In this document: piece by piece, positions 34,213 through 47,301 of the stretch | Layout of the letters: the number at the start of each line of letters is the position of its first letter | How positions within the stretch are numbered: position 1 is the stretch's first letter | Source of the DNA: Octopus bimaculoides | Lineage: Eukaryota | Assembly (NCBI RefSeq): GCF_001194135.2 | Contig: NC_068983.1 | Span: forward strand, 151,849,466-151,897,395 | DNA length: 47,930 nt | Direction of reading: 5' to 3' | Notes under the pieces: generated by a model | What the model was told of the DNA's origin: nothing | What the model saw: only the letters and a program-made list of their open reading frames with translations | Databases searched by the model: none | Translations under genes and position numbers: made by a program

Positions 34213-35362
34213 NNNNNNNNNNNNNNNNNNNNNNNNNNNNNNNNNNNNNNNNNNNNNNNNNNNNNNNNNNNNNNNNNNNNNNNNNNNNNNNNNNNNNNNN
34301 NNNNNNNNNNNNNNNNNNNNNNNNNNNNNNNNNNNNNNNNNNNNNNNNNNNNNNNNNNNNNNNNNNNNNNNNNNNNNNNNNNNNNNNNNNNNNNNNNNNN
34401 NNNNNNNNNNNNNNNNNNNNNNNNNNNNNNNNNNNNNNNNNNNNNNNNNNNNNNNNNNNNNNNNNNNNNNNNNNNNNNNNNNNNNNNNNNNNNNNNNNNN
34501 NNNNNNNNNNNNNNNNNNNNNNNNNNNNNNNTATATATATATACATATATATATATGTATGTATATCTATCTATATATATATGTATGTATATCTATATAT
34601 ATGTGTATGTCTGTGTGTGTATACCTACGAAGGCAGGTGAAGGAACAACAAGTAGGTGTATTTTTTTAACGCTCAGGAAAAATGGAAAAGTCTTTGACAT
34701 TTCAAACCTACGCTCTTCGACAGAAGAGATTGAGGAAAATAAACGAAAAGAGAATGAAAAAAACCCCCCAAAAAACAGAGAGAAAAAAAGCATATGTACA
34801 GATATGTCCAACATGATGAAATGGCCCTGTATGCACAATCACATACACATACACATACATACACACTCAAACACATACGCATGTACATATATATCATGAT
34901 TTTTCGCTAAGGTATGGAGATACTAGTTGTTAGAATTGAATATACTAATACATACGTGTAAACTATCCGTGGGTATATAACACAAAATCAATCTATGAAG
35001 GACGAAAGAACAAGAGTCAGATAATCACTTGTAGTAGCTTGCAGCTGCTTCTGATACATGAAGTGATTGTCCTCAGGTCTGAGGGATGTGTGACAACGCT
35101 TTCTCGAAATCATTTACAGTAAATAAATTGAATGATTATTTTCCAGAAAGCTTTTAAAAGCACAAAGTTAGTTAGATGGGGAATCATGTATAATAGAATA
35201 CAGTTTAAGGATGAAATGAAAGGCAGACGTGTATGCATGCATGTATGTATGTATGCATATATGTTTGTGTGTATGTTTCCATGTATGTGTGTGTATGTAT
35301 NNNNNNNNNNTGTGTGTATGTTTCCATGTATGTGTGTGTATGTATGTATGTATGTATGTATG

Positions 35363-35401
<39 letters not shown>

Positions 35402-35429
35402 ACACATACACGCACACGCATATAGTATA

Positions 35430-35625
35430 TCCGCCCCCCCCTACAAAGAAGAACAAACGCCAAAAAACAACAACGTGAGGACGTGGTTCATGTAAAATAT
35501 TACCAGACGCTTAGGGAAGAAAAGAAAGATAGTTTAACGTTTCGAGCAACGCTCTTCTTCAAAAAGAGAGGAAAGTCCAATAGAAAGGAAGACGGAGGAA
35601 GAAAATCGCCAACTATTCACATGTA
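35430..35625 (-). mobile_element. Penelope pLTR-like repeat with HHR-like motif
   Basis: Minus strand TTGAAGA-A-GAGC-GTT-GCTC-GAAA-CGTT-AAAC at 35562-35532. Shares the ACGCT(T/C)AGG-AA..AAAG block with the 4700, 34040 and 38830 copies. Confidence 0.6.
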
Positions 35626-35815
35626 GTTAATTTTGTCTCATCTGTATATACATATACATATATATATATATATATATATANNNNNNNNNNNNNNNNNNNN
35701 NNNNNNNNNNNNNNNNNNNNNNNNNNNNNNNNNNNNNNNNNNNNNNNNNNNNNNNNNNNNNNNNNNNNNNNNNNNNNNNNNNNNNNNNNNNNNNNNNNNN
35801 NNNNNNNATAATATA

Positions 35816-36584
35816 CGATGTGCTTTCAAAAAGTACTCTCCCGCACATTTTCGCGTCAGTACCCGGAGTTACGCCTAGAGTACAGACGTGTTTTGGCGCT
35901 CGTTGAATTTTCCTTTCCGCCGAACACGTCGAGCAGAGACATTGCAAAGACTTATGCCAAAAGTTTGGTGATACTCAAGCTCAAATCATTCCGATTACTC
36001 AAAAGGCCGTTGGCCAGTTAGCATGGGTGAATTCGGATTAATGTATGGTACAACAACTTCAAACATGGCCTCATCTCAGTGGATAGCGTGGTAGGCTCAA
36101 GCAGGCCATCCGCAAGCCCAAACGAGGAACCGAATGAGAAGGTTTTGGCGAATAGTCATGAAAAACAGTCGTGTAACAATTCAGGAAATTGCTCACAAAC
36201 TTGATCTAAGCACAGGATCAGTGCCTTGAATTTTGACGGAAGATTTGTGCAAGAGGAGACTGTCGGCGAAATTCGTGCCTAAGGTGCTGGTGGAGCAGCA
36301 TACGCAACTCTGCTTAGAATTCGCTCAGGATATGGTCGACTGTGAAAAGCACGACCCATCACTGGTGATAAGACATGAGTTTATGAGTTCTCTTCGATGC
36401 ACTCTGTCATCTTGCGTGCAAACGAAAATCCGACAAGCGCGCACAACACGTCCGTACACTAGGTGTAACAAGAAGAGTAGTGCAGAAAGGGTAGCGTCAC
36501 TTCCCACTCAAAGAATTTTTGCCCACGCAGCATTAGCTTTGGCGGGAAAAATTGAAGTATTTTCTGAATGCGCACTGACACGCG
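35816..36584 (+). mobile_element. Internally deleted mariner element (N-terminal HTH relic)
   Basis: TA-CGATGTGCTTTCAAAAAG start; CQKFGDTQA, RVTIQEIA, ILTEDLCKRRLSAKFVPK. A degenerate right TIR lies near 36545-36584. Confidence 0.85.
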
Positions 36585-37484
36585 TACATGTATAAATATA
36601 TGTATGAAAATGTACGCACGAGTACATGCACATGTGCGTCTACAGATGTACATACCCATATGTATTCACTCACTTGTATACTGAACACATTCATATATAC
36701 TCACATACAAATGTATATACCCACGCATATACATATGTATACATAGATAGATAAAAGTATGCATGCATGTATTTTACTTATATATATATATATATATATA
36801 TATACATGGTAGGCATTTTAATGATTCATTAATACAGTATTTCAAGATTCGTGAAAATGCAAAATGCTTCTGATGTTTCTGATTATTTTCATGCATGAAG
36901 ATGCAATATATAGCGATGAATCTAGCCACCCTCCGAACAATAGAAGACCACATGGACTGCCTCGCCACGGGGTCCCTTACCTTATCGCCAATGCAGTCGT
37001 ATTTCTATCAATGAAATACATCTGAAACATCACATATGCTTCGCATTTGTGAAACTTGAAATAATGTACAAGAATTTCATTGATTGTTTTCCTATAAATA
37101 CAAACTTTAAAGAATGTGTTGGGTTCTGTGTTCTTTTGTTTCTACACACACACACACACACACAAACACTCTTACGCCCACGCTCACACCCACGCTCACG
37201 CCTACACTCGCAGACACAGACTGAAAACCAAATACACACATACATAGAAATATATTTGTAGAATGCTGAGTAAATGTTGAAAATGCGGCAAAATATTGTT
37301 ATATACATATATATATTTTTTTAATTAACACAAGCTTAATTTTTTAACGTTACAGGAAAATCGTTATGTTCTGTGTATTCATATGCATGAATATAGGTAT
37401 ATAAAAATAAGTTTTCACAAAAAATAAAACGTTTTCGTATTGCAGTCTCACTGAAAATATATTGGTGTGCGCATTCATAAGATA

Positions 37485-38245
37485 AGGGTGCGGTGAATAA
37501 GCTGTCGTCTAAATTACGCAAAAATGAAAATAACACTGACATTTCATTTTAACAGTTATATTTACTAAAACTACTTTAAAAATATCTTGAAATACTAAAG
37601 AGTAAATTTATTCAATAAAATCGCCATTGGCTACAACTGCGGCCTCCAGACGACTTCGGAATCTCATGTACTTTTCCGGACGGTCTCCTTGTTTAAATTG
37701 GCGAATGTTGCCATAATCCTTGCTTTTAATTCATCTTTAGTGTTACAAGGAGTTTAGTTGGTCTCTGGCTCACCTGCGCCCCACACATAATAATCAAAGG
37801 GATTGTAGTCTGGGGAGTTAGGTGGCTAAATGTTAGGGATGGTGTGATTGCACAAATTGTCTGACAGCCATGACTGGGTTTCTCCTGCTTGGATGGCATA
37901 GTGCAGATCCTGTTGTCAGACATAGGGTATTCTAGCAGCCACCCTCTTCACCCAGGGCAGCACCACTTCCTCTAGGCATTTGATGTAGGCCACGGTGTTG
38001 ATTCTGAGTCTGTGTAGGAGGATAAAGGGAGGCATAAATGGAAGGATAAATGGAGGCATAACGTCGCCATCATATGTGATCACTACAAACATCATAATGT
38101 TGACTGGATGTTTGATTTTTTATCACTTTCGGTGCATGTCCTCAGATTACACAGTCCTCAGATTGACACCCAGACACTCTGAAATGTTTGATTTGGAGTT
38201 TCCGACGCGAATGCTAAGCAGTACAGCATGTCGTTTCTAAATTTC
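37485..38245 (-). mobile_element. DD37D (maT-type) Tc1/mariner transposase relic with 3' end
   Basis: KHPVNIMMFVVITYDGDVMPPF...QQD-37 residues-D (PPNSPDYNPFDYYVWG)...RLEAAVVANGDFIE*. The 37-residue spacing was counted in frame. TIR-like TAAGGGTGCGGTGAATAA near 37485. Confidence 0.92.
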
Positions 38246-38420
38246 AGGCAGAGTGAATTCTTTTCTTTTTTCTGTGTATGATATTTTGTATATATACTTG
38301 TAAGGTAAAATCTATTGCTATTTAAGCAACCAGTAAAACTTGAAACTCATTGTAAACATGAATATTAAGATTAAAATAAAAAAATTATCCCCTCAAAAAA
38401 GCCATCTCTATTCATTCTTT

Positions 38421-38464
<44 letters not shown>

Positions 38465-38666
38465 ATGTATATTATATATATAAATTTCAATAATAGGACG
38501 AATTCTTTTACAATAATTTATCAAGTAGCTAGCGTGAAAAAAACCTCATAAGGGAAACAATCCATCATTTATTCCCGAAATATATATTTATATTTAATAT
38601 ATTATATATATATATACATATATAATAAATATACATATATAGACATATACACATATATACATATGC

Positions 38667-38745
<79 letters not shown>

Positions 38746-38769
38746 CATACATATATATGTATAGGGGAG

Positions 38770-38960
38770 AATTCACAGAAAAAACAAAAGACGAAGACAG
38801 GTGGTGTAGACAACAAACAGATGTATTAGTTTAACGCTCAGGAAACGAAAAAGTCTCTAACGTTTCGAGCCTACGCTCTTCCACAGAAAGGAACACAGAA
38901 AGAAACAGGGAGAGAAAATAAAGAATGTGTAGTAGCTAGCGATCTATCGTGGCGAATGGC
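38770..38960 (-). mobile_element. Penelope pLTR-like repeat with HHR-like motif (U6 variant)
   Basis: Minus strand CTTT-CTGTGGA-A-GAGC-GTAG-GCTC-GAAA-CGT-T-AGAG at 38890-38855; abuts a (TA)n/(CA)n tract. Confidence 0.65.
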
Positions 38961-39771
38961 GGACAGAGAGTAGTAATAATTCAGTCTCTTTTGGGGGTAT
39001 TTTAGTTTATTGAGTCCGAAAACATGAAAGACAAAATTGACTTTGATGGGACTTGAGTACACTATTAAATATCGGAACAAATTTCCCAAGGCAAATTGCT
39101 TGAAACTCTAAGGATTCTAGCATTTCACTGTCCTCATAACAGCTAGCGAAATAATTTCTTAATTGAGTACGTACGTACTGAAACATATAGACTTAGGTTC
39201 ATCTAACTATGCATCTCTTTATGTATACATGTTTATGTGTGCTTCTGTGTGACTCTGAGTATGTGGGTTTGCATGTATGTATTTGTATGTGTAAATGTAC
39301 AAAGTAAGGTAAATAAATATCCGTTGGTTTAGAGAATGGGTATTCGAAATTTCGATTAACTAAATTATCTGCTCATCGAATTAATATCTATTTGAGTATT
39401 CTAATAACGGCTGTATCGCCGTACCGTAATANNNNNNNNNNNNNNNNNNNNNNNNNNNNNNNNNNNNNNNNNNNNNNNNNNNNNNNNNNNNNNNNNNNNN
39501 NNNNNNNNNNNNNNNNNNNNNNNNNNNNNNNNNNNNNNNNNNNNNNNNNNNNNNNNNNNNNNNNNNNNNNNNNNNNNNNNNNNNNNNNNNNNNNNNNNNN
39601 NNNNNNNNNNNNNNNNNNNNNNNNNNNNNNNNNNNNNNNNNNNNNNNNNNNNNNNNNNNNNNNNNNNNNNNNNNNNNNNNNNNNNNNNTATATATGTATA
39701 TATATACTTATGTGTTCACATACTGATATAAACCTACTCTAAGACACACAAGCACACACACACACACACAT

Positions 39772-39807
<36 letters not shown>

Positions 39808-42619
39808 ATACACACACATACACGAACACACACTCCCTCTCTCTCGCATATCTATATATGATGTTATAATAAAAGTTGAACTTAATCTGTTTTATTCCAC
39901 TATCGTATACATGCATTCATATATGTACAAATATACATACACACATACACATACACATACACCCATACACACGTACACAAATACATACACACATACATAC
40001 ATGCACATATACATACATACATACATACATTCATACATACATACATAGATACATATATAATATACATATATATATATATATTAGAATACATTCGCATATG
40101 TGCGTGCTCGTGCATTCTTGCCATTGAATAACTTGCTATTTCCATCTCTAAACATTACCAACTTTAGACGTAGCCTACCGGAGTGTACCATATCTGATAT
40201 CCAAACAAATCTCATTATTGGTACCGCTTTTCTCATACAAAACAATTAACTACCCAAAATTATTCTTAAACTCACCAACCCACACACACACTGCCTTCTA
40301 ACGTAACCTCTAAATTCTGCTACTCTACACCAGTCGTCTTCACAAACGATGATCAAAATATGAAACATGATTGCACCAGCTTTCCTTTCCGTGTGTATTT
40401 ACGCTTAGTCTTCAGAATCAAAGAAAACTTCATCTATGAAGTCACAAGGCTATCCATACAATATTGTCGTCAGATAACAAAACAAAAATATAATTAAAAA
40501 CTGCAATTTTTCGTTTAAAGGAACGCTATAGGTCTGCATTTCAGAGAAGAGAGCATCAATTCTATTTTATTTAAATATCCACTTGTTAAATGAAGATTAA
40601 ATTAATACAACTTCCATAGGCTAAATTTGCTCTAAGTTTGCACTGGTGAATTAAAACAAGTTTTAGCTCGTGCCGACAAGTAGACTTGTGCACCATCGCT
40701 CGACTTGTCAGAAACAACAGCCAAATCAGTGTCAAAAAAAAAAATCGCTACAATGATAGTAAAAAATGACATGTAGTTCCAGATACAATGTCTGAAAAAT
40801 ACTTTCGATAATAATAGATGGGAAATAGTTGAGCGAAGCCACCTCTATCACCAACAATGATTTTGTCATCAGTATACGGAATACGAATACGTTAACAAGC
40901 ACAAAACCAGATCACGTGATACCGAAATCCGTCTCCCAAAACTTTTGCTAAATAAAAACAATACTAACCATTGACCAACATCGTTAATTTCTCTTATGTT
41001 CCTAGCTTACGTTTTAATTTCTTTGTATTTTAAGTAGTAATATGAATCAACTTTTTTTACGCTGACGGTAAATTTTCGCTATTATTGTAAAACTTCCAAC
41101 TTTTGTTTTAGTTTGATATCCGCTGCATTAGCTAATGTATATAAACAATGTGCAGTATTTAGCTTGCATTTTTGTTTCATATGTACTTCATCAGTTTTCA
41201 TAACATACAGTTTTAGGCCTTGAGTTGCTCTGTATTCGACACATCCGTTTTAAATTTAGTCATTTGTGAACCCGAGCTTTCATTCAATGTGTATTATTTC
41301 ATCGCTAATATTTATCTGATGAGTTACGCTTGATCATACAGGATGTTCTTTCCACACATAAGGGGTGCCAGATTCACTTTGTGTATAATTATTGCTTCTA
41401 TTGTTCGTTTCTCGGTTTACAACCGAATGTATTCTATTTGATGTTATATTCTACTGCTGTTGCTTATTTTTTAAATAAATTTAATGCCGTTCAATCAGTG
41501 TTATTTTTTTTATGCCAGATACCACGTTATCCAATATATCTTTCATAATTTTAGACGATGCGAAATATTAGAATTGAGGGAAAGTTGGTTACTATTTTTA
41601 GTAGGTAAAGTGACTGCATAGAGGCTTCCTGCTTTGTTCTATTGTGTTCGTATTCGCTTACCATAAACTTCTATTTGGCTCCTTTTCGATAAATTGTAAT
41701 CATTCTGGTAAAAATTGGTGCAGCATTCGTCAAACTTTGAAATATAATGATGCAAGAAAGTACCACGTGGATGAAAAATAAACTACATTTCTATATTTGC
41801 ATAGTTAATAATATATTTTCTGCCAGAACAATTAATAGAGAATGTCATTTTCGTTAGGTTTCTTGTAACTCTTCAAGAGTTACATATTGCAGCACCCTTC
41901 TTTTATTGTCTTTACTGTTTTAGATTTTGACCTTGAGGTTAATATATTTGTTAATGTCGAAAGAGATGACCTCTTTTAATATGTAATACACTGAAATCTA
42001 ATCGATTCTTAATGTTGATATAATGCAAGCTCTAAGCAGATATCTTTCTCAGAACTGTTTCATGGAATTTATCATGAGTTTTCATTAGTAGACAATACGT
42101 ATGTATCATCTGCTATTGTTTTTGTATCAAGAATGAGAATGTTATTTTTGGGTTGACTTCACAGATAGTTGTGTCTACTTTATATACATGCATACATACA
42201 TACGTACATACATATATATATATGCAGTTTGTGTAAGTAAAATGCACAATATCTATTAACCACTGAAACTAATGCCTCAGATTTAGAAAATAAATATATG
42301 GAAATACCATTTGTTTCGACACTAACAATAGCTAAATGCACACAAATACACCACATAACTAAACTCCGTGCTCACATATTTGTACGTACATGTTGAAACT
42401 TTATCTTGTGGAATAAAACAATAGAAATGACAGCAAAAAAAAAATCCCATAAAAAAACTATCTGCAACAGGAATAAAACTACTCGACCAACAACAACAAA
42501 AAAATTTACTGATACTAATAATAATTAGGAAACAAAACATGTAATTCGTGTCTATTTTCGAATGTTTTGTCTTGTCCTAAAGATAGATTAACTTACAGAA
42601 GTCTAATTACAAGACAAGT

Positions 42620-44730
42620 AATATTATTGTCGTTGCTGTTTTTATTATTATAACTGTATAATCATCATTATTAACAGTATTATGTTGTTTTATGCTATTA
42701 ATGTTTTATCTGATTTCATTATACTTCTTATCGGCCCATAACCCATGGACTACGATGATATGCATTTTTGTTACTTCTAAAAACAGCCCTTATATGCTCT
42801 CTTTTATTTGTTTCGAAGACCCTCTGGATAATTCTGGTTGAACCAAGTAAATAGGTTTTCTGCATTGCATCTACTATCGGAGTAAGATCAAGCTTTGCAA
42901 TGTGTTCTCTAAAATTCTCTCAAGATTCCAATGATATTTAGCAAGAGCATAACCGTTTTAATACTTATGTATCAGGATTTGAGAAATTTATACTGAAATC
43001 AGTACAAATACCCAACTATTAATTATGTCCTTTTCCTGATTCTGGTAACAAATAGTTACGCCACATCAATTACAAGATATATTTTGTTGTTAGTAACTAC
43101 AATATCCGGCTTGTTGTGAACCAGTCTCATTTTAGTTTGTATGGAAAAGCCTCATAAGAAGAATTCCCTTTCAGTTTCAAGAGACTGGTTTTAGTCCTTT
43201 TCTGTGCATGAAAAGCCAAACGTCTTACAAACATTTCTGAAATACTGCAGCAAATTCTTCATACCTTCACTTTTTGCATTTGTTTAGAATTAACACGGGG
43301 CATTCTGATACAAAGTAAGTTATGTTCTTAACTGAACTGTCGCACATTCTACATTTCAGTGACCAGCCCAACTTAGCCATCATTTCCCTCATTCATTTTA
43401 ATCTCAAGGACTGTTTCTGTGCTCCGAAATCATTTCCGCAATACCCCCTTCCTCAATCAAAACCAGTTGTCTTAATTATCTGTCTTTTTCTAAACATTGA
43501 TTAGAGATTCATTTCATGAAAGCTTGACTTATAGTTTCTTATACTTTCTGTAGTAGTCGTACTAAACCTGTAAGATAGTTGTTCTCTTAAGACCGTAAGA
43601 ACTAGAAACTTTCTTTCACTCTAGATACAATCCTATGTTTTTTTCTTTGTTCTACTATCATTCCAATATTTATTAATCCCCTTCCACTCCACTATCACTC
43701 CAAAACTTCTTAATCCCCTTCCACTCCAATACCACTCCAAAACTTATTAATCCCCATTCACTCCAATACCACTCCAAAACGTATTAATCCCCTTTCACTC
43801 CAATATCACTCCAAAACCTATTAATCCACTTTCACTCCAATANNNNNNNNNNCCAATACCACTCCAAAACTTATTAATCCCCATTCACTCCAATACCACT
43901 CCAAAACGTATTAATCCCCTTTCACTCCAATATCACTCCAAAACCTATTAATCCACTTTCACTCCAATATCACTCCAATACTTATTTATCCACTTTCACT
44001 CCAAAATTTATTAATCCCCTTTCACTCCAATATCACTCCAAAACTTATTAATCTCCTTTCACTCCACTATCACTCCAATACTTATTAATGTCTCTTTAGG
44101 TTTGTATACTTCTGTGTTCTGCAAGTTGCTTTCTCGTCTTCCTGTCAACATCTCTTACTTCGTTCTTCTCCAACTCAGTCATAACTGCTTCACGTCTTAA
44201 TAATTCTGTTCTCATGTTGATTGATTGTATGATATTTCCACGCATTCAATTTGGATTTTGAAATCTTCATTCTGTGAAACTAATCTTTAATGGAGATTTC
44301 ATTCAAGTTTATACTCGTAATTTTGTTATTTTCCACTATGTAACTACCATGTAGATACTTTTATGATGTCCCCTTGCCTCATGTACAACATAGCACTTAT
44401 CTCCATTCTCTCAGTGGAACTAATAAATATTCCTACGCTCAGCACAAAGGTGTCCATTCAATTCTTATCTTTACCATAAAACTTGCTTGTTATTTTTACT
44501 ATCGTTATTGTTGCCGTTGCTGTTACTTTAATACAAATTTTCATTTACATATATGGTTCATTTGTCTCTTTATGTCGTGGTCATTATGGCACAAATACTC
44601 GCACATTTGTACAATAAAGCCATATCATAAAGATCAGAATGTGATTTATACAAGTAAGTTCAGTGTGCTTATAAATCACCTTAAAAGGATCCAGAGCTTT
44701 CAGATCTTTAATTCTTGCTTTATGCCAGTT
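42620..44730 (-). mobile_element. 5'-truncated R4/Dong-like LINE (RT C-half, CCHC knuckle, RLE endonuclease, decayed AAT tail)
   Basis: GIKQ, INHILIFMIWLY, KYL..IVEN, SKLNA/GNIIQSIN, VRDVDRKTRKQL, GLINI, CRMCDSSVKNITYFVSECP, IQTKMRLVHNKPDIVV...LVIDVA, MQKTYLLGSTRIIQRV, all in the expected order. Confidence 0.88.
43669..44089. repeat. 37-bp minisatellite, about 11 units (TTATTAATCCCCTTCCACTCCAATACCACTCCAAAAC), inside the LINE ORF
   Basis: Directly visible; contains a 10-N gap, so the true copy number is uncertain. Confidence 0.95.
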
Positions 44731-44975
44731 TAACACACAAAACACAAGACATTTAGATAGTTAAGCAAGATTTGTCGTAAATATATAAATATCGAAAGTA
44801 TGGCCTTAGGATAAGTTAATATAATCATCAAGAAAATTAACACATATTGTAACATCATTCTATAGAATATTCTTCTATAAGACAGGCAATAACAACAACA
44901 GTTGTTAATAATATAATCATATGAGGGGGTATATGTATGAATGAGTGGGCATATGTGTGTGTGTGTGTGTGTATG

Positions 44976-45013
<38 letters not shown>

Positions 45014-45110
45014 CACAGTGCATACTTAGGTAAATAAATTCACAGACAGATAAATAAGTAAATGTTTGTGCATAGTATTATAAACACACATACATGCACA
45101 CGCTCTCACG

Positions 45111-45150
<40 letters not shown>

Positions 45151-45336
45151 TGAAAATACTCATGTATGGCATTGTAAAATATATATGTATGGCATTGATC
45201 AAGTACCAAACACCGTTCGATAGGATAATTTCTCTTTGATACAACTGTGCATTTGATATTGTACAAATTTAAAGGCAGTAAATCAACTATGCGTTGTCAA
45301 ATGAGGATTTTAACTGTTTTAACTACTACTATTTTA

Positions 45337-45368
<32 letters not shown>

Positions 45369-46349
45369 AAATAGTAGTAGTAAGAGTGGAAGGAGGAGTC
45401 GTGGTGGTGGTGGTAATATTGGTAGCAGTAGTAACAACAACAATAATAATAATAATAATGATAATTAAAGTCTACGCTAAAATGAGGAAAATGAATAATT
45501 AAGCAAATGTTTAACTTAAGATTTGATACTAAAATCAGTCAATGAAAGCAGAACTACACGCACGAGTTATGTGCGATTCGTTAATCTTGTTTCGTGATGT
45601 TGTCAAACATAGTCACATAGTTACACCAGGGTTACAGGCTAAAACCATTTCATTGTCTGTGATATTTGAATACTGAGGAGATTGCTAATCCTTAGACTGT
45701 TCGAATGTGATCATTAAGGAAGCTATCTTATCCGCACAACACATATTCTGACGAAATCAGGCTGGCTCTTTCTATAAAGAAACTTGCTGTGTGTGTCCGG
45801 GCATCTTTAGCAGAAAACATTTCTCAAGAAATAATAACTGATAAACTCTACGGATCTTTATATAAAAAAAGAGGACGTATGAAATATGTTTTTAGATATC
45901 AGTAAAAAAAATAAACTGGCTAGGACTGGAATACCTCTGATTATAGGTTTATTCTACCAGCTATGACAAACGTATCTGGCATAATATTTTTTAACAAGTT
46001 GTTACAAAGAATGAAGAGAAGAAGGGAGAAAGAAAGTGGTGGAAGCAGTGAGTGCAAGAAGAAAAGACAAGTATATTAAAATGAGGAAGATACATGCATA
46101 ATATGGTCTTAGAAGAAAAGAGTTGGCAAAGTACAAGTCGAATTCCTCCCGGTAAATAACACCACAAATTCGTGACTCAGCCTCAGAAAGATTAAGATCT
46201 TCATCTTCAGATCAGCCTACTGTATAAAGCAGCAATGTGGAAGTTTACAAAAGTTAACATAAGGATGATCCAGGACTTCAGGAGGATGCTTAGCAAGATT
46301 CATTGACCAAAGAAAATTAATAGGATCGGTAGCGTAGGTTTGTGGGAGG

Positions 46350-47301
46350 AAAACCAAGGCGGTTCCATCAATACGGGTGGGGCATCATTTCCATTCAAAC
46401 TGCTTCAGCCTTTCGAATATATGTGCCGAGCATTATACTGATGGAAGAACACCTTTCGTCTTGAAACGAAAGATGGTTGTTCTTCTAGCGCTGACTTAAG
46501 CCGCTCACGCTACTCGCAGTAGATCTCCTTTGTTATCTTTTGCTTTGGGTTCAAAAGTTCAAAGTGGACTAAACCTTTCATATCTCATCAAACAGGTAGC
46601 AATATCTTTCTTTAGCCTGTGGCGCCGGTATTTCTCCTTTCCCTACCCACTGTCTTCAGCGCTTGACATCTTTATAAAGAACCCATTCTCGTCACATGTC
46701 ACTAAAAAAGGCTTGACAGCTAAGAAGAGCACAAATTCACTCTCTGTGCGTGATTAGACTCGGAAATTTCGTGAGGAACCCATTGACCCAATTTGCTGAC
46801 TTTTCCGATGGCACGCAGATGTCGATGAATGGTTGAATGACCAAAAGCTTCTCTGCTAGTTCCTCAACAATTACATTTTGTTCCACCAAGATTTGCAGGA
46901 CGTCCTCGTCGAGCTCTACAGATCTTCCAGGGCGAGGCTCATCTTTTAGTCTGTAGTCTCCGGCTCGAATTTCTGGAACCACCGTTGACACTGGTTTACG
47001 CTTTTTCTACGATCCCTATATACTGCATTAATATTCCTCGTACTTTCCGCTGCATTGTTGCCATTATTGAACTCATAAAGCAAAATATGCCGAATATGCT
47101 CCTTTGTCACTTCCATTATAGTTTTGAAAAAAATTACTGTTAAAATCGAACTGCACTCTTCAAAACTTGCACTAAGAACAAGGACAAGGTAAAATTACTA
47201 CCTGCTTCTTTAGAAAGCTGATACAGGTAGTTTATTCCGTCTCCCTCCGACATTTATTCCATACAATTGAAAAAAAACCCGCATTATTTATGGGCTGACC
47301 C
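46350..47301 (-). mobile_element. Mariner element, 5' TIR plus decayed transposase
   Basis: TA-GGGTCAGCCCATAAATAATGCG end. ATG at 47116: MEVTKEHIRHILLYEF...WFQKFRAGDY..DEPRPGRS; then TCDEKW, KVFFHQYNARH, and a MPHP-like block near 46370-46400. Confidence 0.92.

Larger units (their letters stand above)
1074..43852. other. About 20 assembly gaps (N-runs totalling about 5 kb); span gives the first large gap to the last gap
   Basis: Directly visible. Most gaps are flanked by (TA)n, (CA)n or (CTT)n; exons could be hidden in them. Confidence 0.99.

Noticed and set aside
33977-34838. Near-identical 235-bp direct repeat flanking the 34213-34531 gap
   Set aside because: Typical contig-overlap artefact at a scaffold gap; long reads are needed before calling it a tandem pLTR.
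43669-44089. CRISPR-like interpretation of regular repeats (also 25155-25325)
   Set aside because: Contiguous tandem units with no unique spacers, in a eukaryotic context.
19095-44730. Idea that the two R4-like relics are halves of one rearranged element
   Set aside because: They overlap in homology (QGDS region) with different sequences, so they are independent copies.
46438-46480. CTGATGG...GAAAC motif; also CTGATGA on the minus strand near 31447-31453
   Set aside because: Both lie in transposase or RT coding relics and lack stems I and III.
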